Below are positions 39,232-49,757 of a stretch of 59,297 nt of DNA, one piece after another; position 1 is the first letter of the stretch, and each line of letters starts with the position of its first letter. The notes under the pieces were generated by a model. That model was not told the DNA's origin. It ran no database searches and worked only from the letters and a program-made list of their open reading frames with translations. This DNA comes from Gekko japonicus (Eukaryota): contig NW_015176571.1 in NCBI RefSeq assembly GCF_001447785.1, positions 50,204-109,500 of the forward strand. The letters run 5' to 3'. The translations under genes and the position numbers were made by a program.

Positions 39232-39499
39232 AGTTTGGTGTCGTGGTTAAGTGCGCGGACTCTAATCTGGAAGAACCGGGTTTGATTCCCCACTCCTCCA
39301 CTTGCACCTGGCTGGATGACCTTGGGCAAGCTGTAGTTCTGGCACAGCTGTCCTTGAAAAGAGCAGTTTCTGTTAGAGCTCTCTCAGCCCCGCCTACCTC
39401 ACAGGGTGTCTGTTGTGGGGAGGGGAAGGGAAAGGAGTTTGTAAGCCGCTCTGAGCCTCCCTTGGGTAGTGAAGGGTGGGGTATAAATCCAATCTCTAC
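39232..39499 (+). mobile_element. tRNA-derived SINE; second copy at about 58172-58440
   Basis: TGGTGTCGTGGTTAAG A-box, GGTTTGATTCC B-box, tail GGGGTATAAATCCAATCTC. Abuts an inverted tail fragment at about 39122-39231. Confidence 0.75.
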
Positions 39500-40891
39500 N
39501 NNNNNNNNNNNNNNNNNNNNNNNNNNNNNNNNNNNNNNNNNNNNNNNNNNNNNNNNNNNNNNNNNNNNNNNNNNNNNNNNNNNNNNNNNNNNNNNNNNNN
39601 NNNNNNNNNNNNNNNNNNNNNNNNNNNNNNNNNNNNNNNNNNNNNNNNNNNNNNNNNNNNNNNNNNNNNNNNNNNNNNNNNNNNNNNNNNNNNNNNNNNN
39701 NNNNNNNNNNNNNNNNNNNNNNNNNNNNNNNNNNNNNNNNNNNNNNNNNNNNNNNNNNNNNNNNNNNNNNNNNNNNNNNNNNNNNNNNNNNNNNNNNNNN
39801 NNNNNNNNNNNNNNNNNNNNNNNNNNNNNNNNNNNNNNNNNNNNNNNNNNNNNNNNNNNNNNNNNNNNNNNNNNNNNNNNNNNNNNNNNNNNNNNNNNNN
39901 NNNNNNNNNNNNNNNNNNNNNNNNNNNNNNNNNNNNNNNNNNNNNNNNNNNNNNNNNNNNNNNNNNNNNNNNNNNNNNNNNNNNNNNNNNNNNNNNCTTG
40001 TGCTCCTTGTAGCCCAGGGCTGCTGGGAGCAGGGGGCGGAGCTTGTTGCACGTGCCCGCCCCCTGGGCTCTTTACTGCCGGAGCTCTGCTCCTGTGCGCT
40101 CCTGCAGGAAATGACCCATGACTGAAGGTAACAGAAGAAGGGGACAGGGAAGGATGAGATGGTTAGATGCAACAAACATGAAACTGAGCAAACCTCAGAG
40201 GAAGGCAGAAGACAGGAAGTCCTGGCATGATGTGGTCCATTGGGTCAGACTCGAATGTGCAACTGAACAACAACAATTGACTCACTCTGTGTAATCTGCC
40301 TTAAGTCACTGTGAGAAAAGCGGACTATAAGTAACACAAATAAATAAAATTGTGCAGATATAACCTAATCTCACTGGATCATTCTATTACTCATGGTCAC
40401 ATCTACGCGTGTGTTTGGACCTACACTCTCAAACAATGTACCCTCTAACACTTCATAGACAAAAATAGAAACTCTTGTAACATCCCATTTCTCATATGAA
40501 GGATCTTTGCCCCACTTCCAACCCCTCATCATTACACGTTGCTGTTCCACCATCTCCATGCTGTATTTATTAAATCCACAATTATTTATCTTCCACTAGT
40601 TTGAAAAGCCAGGAAGATGCCTGTTCTTTGGGATAATTTTATACTGGGGGGGAAATACTGGGGGATAAATTTATACTGGGGGCTTGGCAACAGGTTACCA
40701 CCACTTCAAAATAAATCTCAGCAGTTACACTGTGTGAAATGGTCGGCTGTCCATGGTACCTCAGAGCTCATGCACTTGCATTGATGCTTTGTGTATCCAT
40801 TCCCCACTCATACCTTGAACTTCTAGATACTCTGAGAGAAGGAGCTGTACCCTGTAAGATTCAATTCCTGTAACTCGCACTAACAACATGT

Positions 40892-40996
40892 TAAGGCCAT
40901 AATTGGGGGGGAAATAGAGACCATAATTCCCTAAAGGCCATAATTGGGGGAGACTGTAATTCCCTAAAGGCCATAATTTGGGGGGGAAATAGAGAC
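40892..40996. repeat. Short minisatellite (three copies of AAGGCCATAATTGGGGG...)
   Basis: AAGGCCATAATT(T)GGGGG recurs three times, with TAATTCCCTA linkers. Confidence 0.7.
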
Positions 40997-42315
40997 AGTG
41001 ATTTATTAGCAATAAGGACCAGAAAAACAGGAACCATCCCTGGTAAACAGAAACAGCTGGACTGTATTAGAATCAACAGTAGCTGACTTCTACGTGTGTT
41101 TTGGTAACATTCTCACGCTCAGAGCTGCAAAAGTATATAACCTCCACATTGCTCTCCCTGTTGATAGGGTGACATTACTTCTGGACCTGATGTGGGCTGT
41201 TTGAGAACGTACGTGCAACACATTTTATGAACTTTAAAAGCTTCAGACAAAACGTTGAAAATTCTTCAGCTCAGCACTGTTCAAATGATTTCTCTGCCAA
41301 AACTTTCCCCAGCTGAGTCTGGCAAGTTGCAATTTCATTAACTGAGCAAATATCTGCCAGCAGTCCTTGTTTATTATATTTTAAAAATTACAGTATACCT
41401 ACTTCTCAGCACCCACATGCTGTGAGTTCAGAGGAAGAAATAATTATAGTCCCAGGTTAAAATAGTTTTTTAAAAATTAATGACTTTATTTTTTAATTTT
41501 TTATCCGTTTTTGTTCCCATGGAAAACAATATACCACAGCAACAAAGGGTTTAAAATTCCAAAATGGGGGCAACTCCCCAAAAAAAACCCCAAGAAAAAC
41601 AAGTATGACCCAATAATTACAAATAATTTTGGTCTCAGAAATAATTATATTAATTATGCATGACCTTTCTTGAACTTGGATTCTTTTTTAACTTGTATCT
41701 TCTGGCTGGAATGATGAGGGGAGAACCTGTATCACTATGAAAAAGTGGATTCTCTGTCCCCAGGCTCCAAGTTCCATATTTAAAGTTCCCTCTTTACCAG
41801 GGAAAGTCCTGATTTTCTGGTCCCTGGTACATCACTGTTCCAGTTCTGTGACCCTTATTTTGCCTTTTGAGAATATCTTATTTAAAATGTTGTTAGTGTA
41901 AGTTGCTAGAATTGTCATGCTTTAGCTGTCTTCCCTAGACTCTCTAGAAGTTAAATCTCTGTGGGTGGGTCCTGGATGCATCTTGTTTCTAGGGCAGGCT
42001 TTTAAAGCAGGACAGGCTATTTCAGATAAAGTGAGTCCAGGAAACTGCTGGCAGAACAGGCCTGTAGCCAGAAGTTTTTTGTTGGGAGGTCAAAAAGGGG
42101 GGCAACTTAGTGCAGTGGAGCTGACAACACGGGAGGGCAGGCAGAGAGTAAGTGGGGGTGCAAGGCATGGGGTGTGTGGGGCGGAGGGTTGATGGAACCC
42201 CCAGGACTGGCTCGCCTGTGGAGGCTACGGCCCTTTTGGCCTTGATCTGACCTGACCTTGCTAAGCTGGGCTGGCTCAGGCACTTTCCCTGCCAGGAAAG
42301 GAAAGGGCAACTCAC

Positions 42316-42495
42316 CTGCTGCCTAAATGGTGCTGGGATACCCGTGTGGTGGTCAAAGGGAAGCAGAGACAAGGGGAAGGAGGGTGGGAGGGAGGGTGGT
42401 AGGCTTTCCTTCTGAGGGAAGTGTCCCGCCCCAAAGTGGCATGAAAGCGGCAGGCCTCATGAGGAGGAGGGCTGCCCTGTGCCGTGGCAGTGCGG
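42316..42495 (-). pseudogene. Candidate HHLA1-like linker exon (180 nt), with two stop codons in the phase-1 frame
   Basis: Acceptor CTCTTCTCTCTGTGCGTCTCTCACTCGGCAG|, donor CAG|GTGAGT. Phase-1 reading gives AALPRHRAALLLMRPAAFMPLWGGTLPSEGKPTTLPPTLLPLVSASL*PPHGYPSTI*AA. The phase-2 frame is open. Confidence 0.45.
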
Positions 42496-43420
42496 CTGCC
42501 GAGTGAGAGACGCACAGAGAGAAGAGCCACAGAACTGCCCCGGTCCTCTTTGAAGGGTCCTTATCCCCCAGCCCCAGCATTGGTGGCCTCTGGCTGGGCA
42601 GGAAGACCGAGTGGGCGCAGGCATTATGCACACCCACCTCACTGCCAATCCCTGCCCCACTGTAGCAGGCAGCCGGCAGCCAATCCCAGGCACCAGACAC
42701 CCCCCTTGCAAGCCTGACCACCTCCCGCCTGCCCCCTCTGATTCTTCCCCTGCACTCGCAAGGCTCCAGCTTCCTTGCTGAGAAGCCGGGGTGGGGTTGG
42801 AAACAAAAAGGCATGGCTGTTTCAGGAGGGGGCGTGGCAAATTTGGAGTCGGCGTTTCCCCTGTGGGGGGCCCATGGCTACGGGCCTGTGAAGAAAAGTG
42901 CCTTTTATTCCAGGCTAAATTTTGGAGCCAAAGGCAGCTGCCCTGGGCTCACCAGGGTTCTAACTGCTCACAGCCCTGCCCAGCAATGGAGATGGAAAGA
43001 GCAGGGAGGGCAGGCATGCATACCTACCCCCTCCGGGGCTTGGGCTTGATTGCAGCTGCCTGAGCCCTCCCCCTCCACAGGTGGCTTGAGCCTGGGGTAG
43101 CTGTGGCCCCTGCAGGGATTCTGGGTCTCCATCATGGAGATTTGCCCAGTGGACATCAGTTCCCCTGAAGAAAATGGCTGTTTTGGAGGGTGGGCTGTAT
43201 TATAGCCTCCTGGTGTTTCTCCCTTCCCCAAACCCTGCCTCCTCAGGCTGTACCCCCAAATCTCCAAGAATTTCTGAACCCAGAGTTGGCAACCCTACCC
43301 CAGAGTTAGACCATCCCTGTTTGCATGAAAGTCTTGGCCCCCACAGCTACTGTGGCTTAGTGAGGGGGGCACCTAAATGAAGCCCATAGCTAGAGGTTGG
43401 ATGAACTCCCTCCTGCTCAC

Positions 43421-43480
43421 CTGTATCTTGTTTTGTAAACCAACTTGAATCCTTATTGGAAGGAAGGCGCCACCGGCATC
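43421..43480 (-). CDS. Candidate HHLA1-like exon (60 nt)
   Basis: Acceptor CCCCACCCCTCCCTCGCCATCAG|, donor CAG|GTGAGC. Open in phase 1 (GCRWRLPSNKDSSWFTKQDT) and phase 0. Confidence 0.5.
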
Positions 43481-43789
43481 CTGATGGCGAGGGAGGGGTG
43501 GGGCAGGGGGGTTCATTGGCAGGCCAGCAGCAGCAGCAGGCTGCTCAGCCAGCGGCCCTATGTCCAGGAGAGCTGCGCCTGCTGTGGAAGGTGCAGAGAG
43601 GTGGGCACCCCCAAATTTGACCCCACTCCTGCCCAGGCATCCAGAGGAAGGGCCATGGAAGGGCTGCCTTTTCCAGCTGAGGGAGCACAGTGCAGCTGCC
43701 CCACAGACAGGCTCTTGGTTCTCTGCACCCCTCTGGCGTCTGCGCTCCAGGCAGCTGCCTAGGTTGGCCTAATGGACACACCGGCCCTG

Positions 43790-44090
43790 GGCGGATGGTT
43801 ATGTTGATAGACTTTCCATGAAGTCTGATTGACATTATATGGTCAGACTTTGCATTATAGCCCTGGACTGCTTTTTGCTACATCTCGCCTGACTATTACA
43901 GCAACTCCATTTCCTCTGTGTTTCTCATTTCCAAAATAAAACATTTTGTAATTTTCTGACTGAAAATGGCCTAATCCACTCCACTTTAGTTCACACACTC
44001 TTAAGATCACAATGTTTAAACGTTCAACTTCTCATTTTACGATTTCGAATTTACCTTGATTAATACTTTTCATGTTCCATGTTCCTACTG
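43790..44090 (-). mobile_element. RTE/BovB-like LINE endonuclease fragment
   Basis: Reverse strand translates VGTWNMKSINQGKFEIVK*EVERLNIVILRVCELKWSGLGHF...GNGVAVIV (APE domain N-terminus with a stop). Confidence 0.82.
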
Positions 44091-44639
44091 TATGTGTCAA
44101 ACAGCTTTCTGCTTTTTAGCCAATACCCCTCCCCCTAAAAAATCAGTGCCTCCAAACTGTTATCATATCTGGTGGGGAAAATTCATAGGCACCTATACCT
44201 TTTCAGATTTTTGTGCATGCCTATGAAGGGGGAGAAATGGCATAATCTCTTCCTGGAAATGGCAGCCTGAGGGTCTACAGTCTGAAAAGAAAACACATGT
44301 CCTTTGTGGAACTTAAGCTTTCAAAAGCACTAACTCAGAACACATCTACTTGTTCTGTGTAAGTCAACACATGCCTAGCAAACATCAGGAGGAACTTTTT
44401 ACCTCTGGGTCATGCAGGAAACGTGCCTGATTATTGTACCAGAGCCTGGTGACTCAAAGTTTAGACACCGCCTCAGACTAGTTTCAGGGAGGAACATGAC
44501 TAGAGGCCATCAGATGCCTATAAAACAGTGGGAGAGCAGGAAATAATTCAATGAGAAATAACTACAACAGCCCCACCATTAAGGAGGGTGAGATGGACTG
44601 CCTCAGGTGGTAGATTTCAGAGTACTATAGTGTGTATAC

Positions 44640-44889
44640 AGTGCCATCAAGTTGCAGACTTATGGCAACCCCATAGGGTTTTCAAGACAAGAGACTGACA
44701 GAGGTGGTTTGCCATTGTTTACCTCTGTCTAGAGACTCTGAGTGGCCTCCTGTCCAATTACTGACCAGGGCTGACCCTGCTTAGCTGGCGAGGTCTGATG
44801 AAGTAGGGCTAGCCTGGGCAATCCAAGGACCCTGCTTAGCTGCCGAGGTCTGATGAAGTAGGGCTAGCCTTGGCAATCCAGGTCAGGCC
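44640..44889 (-). mobile_element. 5S rRNA-derived SINE with a tandemly duplicated head segment
   Basis: Homologous to 32962-33170. 53-bp direct repeat at 44773-44825 and 44828-44880. Confidence 0.72.
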
Positions 44890-45207
44890 TCAGAGTACTA
44901 TTAGAAGGCAGCAAATTGTCAAACATTTAGTCTCTTATTGAATTTTTAAGGGGGGGAGGAATGAATTGCGTTTTCTGCCTCAGATTTCCAAAGATTTTGT
45001 GACTGTTGCTGTTCAGGTTTACGACATGGTATCGTATGTGTATTTAAATGGTTTCCATTCAGTCTTCTTCTGAAAGTCTCTGCAGAAGGTCATTCCACAA
45101 CCTCTTCAACCAACTTAAGCTGTGTTTGTACCACAGTCTGTACTTTCTGAGGAATTCCTGGTTTTGAATTTTGTTTCGTACCACCCTTTTGTGTTATCAC
45201 TGTAATG

Positions 45208-45622
45208 TGTTCACGATCAGCAGACATTTTCTTAGTTGGCGACTAAGGAGGAGCAGGGGACCTCTGAAATGGTGGCAACCATGCTGTTCCCCACAACATA
45301 TCTAGCCTTTTTAAAAAATAATGTTATGATGTTATAACATTACTGCATATGCAAAAAAAAAAGGAAATTCCATAGCTGACGAAGTACATGACGACGCATT
45401 TAGTGTGCTTCATAATTATTGAATAACATTGTTATGAATTGGTGTATCCAGTTCAACGATCACCAGCCATTTTCTTAGTTGGCGGAGCGGGGGAGCTTTG
45501 AAATGGCAATAACCATGCTCTTCCCCACAATTCAATGTTTTAAAACAATGTTATGATGTTATAATGTTACTGCACATGCTCAAAGAAAGAGGAGGTTCCA
45601 TCACTGATGAAGTACATGACGA
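45208..45622. repeat. Diverged tandem duplication of about 180 bp
   Basis: CATTTTCTTAGTTGGCG...AACCATGCT...AATGTTATGATGTTATAA...GAAGTACATGACGAC occurs at about 45208-45395 and 45451-45622. Confidence 0.75.
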
Positions 45623-46185
45623 CACGGCCACACAGCCCCTTTTCTGCCAGGCTTTTAGGTAAGGAGCCGCATTTCACAATCTATGCCCTGTGCCAATATC
45701 AATATCCAGCCTGAGATTGCCGACAGTAAAATTTATTGCTGACTGTTTTCTAGGCTGCATCCCCTAGACTTTATATATTTTACCACAGAGACTGGGGAAA
45801 ATTCCTATAACGTCATGCTCATTGGGTAAATGGGAGGCCTATAAGTAAAATAAATAAGTAATCCCTGCATTTTGTTTAAAGCCTGTCATCACATTGATGA
45901 CACCATGCACTTTTGGTAGGTTATTTGTTCTTCATTCTGTCATCAACAGATAGGCTTCAGGAGGCACTAAACTGGCTGTTGATGACAAGGTAGAAATACA
46001 TCATTCTTCTGTTTCTCATCCAAGTTGAAGAGGCTGATGTTGAGGCAGAGAAAAGACCAAAGCAGGCCCGTAGCCGGGAACTTTTAAGTCGGGGGGCATT
46101 TAAATTTCTTAGGGGGCATTGACTAATTGAATTATAGGTGATTTAATTAGAGTCAGTTAACTTACACTGAAGTTAATTAGCTTAC

Positions 46186-46203
46186 CTTTCTGCCCTTGCC
46201 AGC
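46186..46203 (-). CDS. Candidate 18-nt micro-exon of the HHLA1-like gene
   Basis: Long pyrimidine tract TCTTTCTTGCATGTCTCTCTCTCTCCCACAGCCTCCTAG|, donor AAG|GTAAGC. An alternative AG 8 nt upstream would give 26 nt. Confidence 0.4.
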
Positions 46204-46764
46204 CTAGGAGGCTGTGGGAGAGAGAGAGACATGCAAGAAAGAGGGGCACAGGAACCCCGTGTGGGATCCCGGGCACTCGGGAGCCTACCAGTAACAAGTA
46301 CTTTCCGGGGGAAATAGACTTTCTGGAGGAAACAGAGAGGTGTTGTTTTGCACCCACCATAGCTGGCCAGACAGCTGTGCAAGAATATCCGCCTCCTTCC
46401 CCACACCCACAGCCACTCGGGGGCTCTGGGACGTATGGGGAGTCATGGGGCCTAGCCTTGAGATGCCTCACTGTAGCTACAGGCCTGAACCAAAGCAATG
46501 GGGTGGGGGAGACAGTAGAGGGTGTGGATGATGGTCCAGTGGTTTTCAAACTTTCTGCTACAGGTTTCTCTAAGAAGCTGAAGGTGGCATACATGTTTCT
46601 CCCCTTCTTCCATTTTATTCTCACAACTCTGTGAAGTAGGTTAGCCAAACATCTTCTCCTGAGCATCACTGCAAAACAGGGATCTGAACCTAGGTCTCCC
46701 CAGACCTAGCCTAACCTGTTCCACACTGGTTGTCTTTAGGAAACCTTGTCTACCATTAATTCTT

Positions 46765-47208
46765 ACCTGGTGGAATGAGCTCTCGGAGGAGATCCAGGCC
46801 CTGCGGGACCTGGTGCAGTTCCACAGGGCCTGTAAGATGGAGCTCTTCCGCTAGGCTTTTGAGTAGGAGCCTCCACCACCGCACCACCATCACCGCACCA
46901 CCACCACCAATTGGAGTGGGTACCATCAGGGAGTGAGATGGCCCTGGGATGAAGAATGGATGGCAGTGCTGTCTGGAACTTACTTTGTTACTTTGTTGTT
47001 CTGGGACCATCTTTACCAGAACCCCATCTTGTTATTCAGGACTTTTGTGACACCTAAAGCACTTGCACTTTACTGTATTGTATAAATGATTGTTTTCTTC
47101 TGTTTTTAATTGTATTAATCTTGGCATACATGCCTCATCTGTTAGCTGCCCTGAGCCCGCTTTGGGGAGGGCAGGTTATAAATCCAAATAAATAAATAAA
47201 TAAATAAA
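46765..47208 (+). mobile_element. L2-type LINE 3' end
   Basis: TGGTGGAATGAGCTC...TGTAAGATGGAGCTCTTCCG (WWNEL...CKMELF-like ORF end), GCTGCCCTGAGCC...GGTTATAAAT and an (AAAT)n tail. Confidence 0.7.
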
Positions 47209-48163
47209 ACTTCTGTGGGTTGCAGTGGATTTTGTAATACACACACACACAGGAGCTTGGCCAGTCCTACTGGGTTTCACTATGGCCCCACATGAACTGA
47301 AAGGGGGCCTTTTTGTTTTGTATGTTGTCATTGTCATTAGTTCCTTCCTTTCTTTCCCCCTCTTGTTGATTACTCTTCTTTTTTACAGCATTCTACTAAT
47401 ATGCAACAGATGTGCAAATAACATTGAAAAATGTGTTAAATTTAACAGAAAACATTCAGTGTGAAAAAAGAGAAACTTGTCCCCCCCCCCAAAAAAAAGC
47501 CCGTAGAACTCTAAAGACTTGCAGGTTACTTTATCTCAACAGAAAGATTAAATTTAAATTAGGGATATTCAAATCAAACCAGAGGGCTTTTGAATTTCAG
47601 TCTCATCCCTAGCTGAAGCACAGTTTGCAAACCACTAGACCGGGCAATAATCTACCAGTATTGCTCTTTAGGAGGCGCTGTGATACTGAGTTCTCATGAC
47701 AAAACGCAGACAGGCTCAGGTTAACTCATTCCCACAATTTCTTCAACTAAATTAAAAGTGCCAGAAATAACTGGAAGTGTGATCTTCAGATGTACAAGTA
47801 AATGCCCAACGGAGAGCACCACAAGTCCTCCAGTGCAGACAGGCATATGAAATGGATCTCTGAAGTAGTCCCTAATGGGCTGCCTGCTGTCTTTTGAGAG
47901 TTACTGTAGTTTAGTGTAGTAGCAGTTGGAGTGCTAGAATAGGATCTGGGAGACATGGCTTCAAATCTACATTGTGTCATCAAGCTTGCCAGGTGACCAT
48001 GGGCCAGTAACACTCAGTTGGCCTAGACTACTTCACAGGACAAAATGAGGAAAGATATCTCTTTGAAGAGAAGGTGAGATAGAAATGTATTAGATAGCTA
48101 GATGCCCAAGGTCAGATCAATCTAAGGACTAAAACATATGCGATGAAGATCTCTTTCAGTCTG

Positions 48164-49330
48164 TGAAAGACATATTACATGCAGATGCAGGGCAATATGG
48201 GGATGGAAAAGTGGGGTTTAACTGTTCAACCCTTTGCTGGTTTTCACTAATCAGGAATGTATCTAAACCCGGCCACGTGTGAGGCGAGTTCTCCACGCGG
48301 TCATGCGAAGCCTCCGAGCTTCGCTCCAAGAGACAATGGCCCGAGCGGATCCTAGCCGCGCCAACTGGAGGGCTAGGATCCTTGTCAGGACCTATGGAAC
48401 TCTCGGCCACTGTATATAGCCTATCACCGAGTGGGGGTGTGTTCTGGGAGTGGGTTTACTGGGGATATAAGCCGGCCTGTGAGCCGGGGTTTCTTGTCTC
48501 ATTCTGAAATTACAATAAAGTATGAGAGCTGAAGTCACTTGCCAGTCTCAGTACTTTTCACTGGCGACGAAGGTGGGATCCTTCTCCTCATGAACAACGA
48601 CCACAAACAGAGCATCGCATCGCACCCCGACACTGAGAGCACCGATTCACACCCTGCTTCTCCAGTCACTGTGCCCATACCGCTCCTTGCACCGCGTTCC
48701 CGAGATGGCCGCAACACACGGTAACATCCCTGCTTTTGATGTCACCCGGCCCAAGCAATGGAAGACCTGGCTAGAGACCCTCGAGAACCATCTCACGTAC
48801 CACGATGTGACAGACGCCAACAAGAAGAAGGCCTTGCTCCTCAGTTCTTGCGGCAACGATACCTTCCAGTTGCTGATGGACTTGATAGCACCCAAGCAGA
48901 CGAAGGAGGAAACCTACAAGGTACTGGTGAAGGCGCTCACCGATCACTTGGCACCCAGACCGAGAAAATTCACTGAGCGCATGGAATTTTTTGCGCGCAT
49001 CCAGGGCCCAGACGAACCGGCCTCTGACTGCCTGGCGGGGCTTCAAAGAGCGGCCATGAGGTGTGCGTTCCCTAGCCTGGTGGACACCCTATTAAACCAG
49101 TTCCTGGTGGGCCCCTGCGAGCCCAAGCTGCGCAGGAAGCTGACCAGCCGAAACGACCTGGATCTCAACAAGGCATTAAAAGAGGCCGCCGCATATGAGA
49201 AGTCTCATCAGGGCTGCCGCGCAAAAGCAGTCCATCGCACTGACGCTAACCCCGTTTTGGACTTCTCTGATAAGGAGGAGGTATTGCAGGTCCGCCGCCC
49301 GTCTCACCAACCATCTCATCCACCCGGAGC
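48164..49330 (+). mobile_element. Truncated Mag-type Ty3/Gypsy element: 5' LTR, tRNA-Ser PBS and gag
   Basis: LTR TGAAA(48164)...TTTCA(48560) with TATATAA and AATAAA (48514). PBS TGGCGACGAAGGTGGGAT at 48562-48579. Gag from ATG 48705 (WKTWLETLE...KKKALLLSSCG...ERMEFFARIQGPDE). No pol follows. Confidence 0.85.
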
Positions 49331-49757
49331 AGCAGAAATGAAAGTCAAAATTCCAGAGTCCCCCCCCACACCCATGGTAGCTAGTATAGCCAGAGGCCTA
49401 GCTGACACTAGCAAAGCTCGTTCCCACACATACTTTCCCCCATCCGCTCCCCCCTTCCACCTCTAAACAAAAGCATCACAGAGAACAGAAATCAACATGG
49501 CAAACAAAGTACAGAGTTTGACAGATGTCCCCACACATGCAGAACATACTGCCACAGTCCTAGATATAAGTTCATCACTTCACTAAGTCTTCATGTCTCC
49601 AAGTTAGGAAATAAACTGTACACAGAGAGGCATTTGCAGAGGCAGTCTTTTTCCCCCTAGGGGTTGGCAGAGCCTGAGCATCTTTTATTTGGATTGCCAG
49701 CTGCCATGGTTAATATGTAAGCCAATGGAAATAGATTTCCAACTGATTAAATGCACA

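Noticed and set aside
39096-40175. Long ORFs spanning N runs (also 50286-51275 and 8631-9009)
   Set aside because: Artefacts of assembly gaps.
40371-40600. Peptide NNCGFNK...YEKWDV resembling a Link domain
   Set aside because: Spacing is wrong, cysteines are missing and there is no convincing donor site. Likely chance.
46186-46203. GWQGQKG read as a collagen Gly-X-Y exon
   Set aside because: Only two triplets and no other collagen-like exons in the window.
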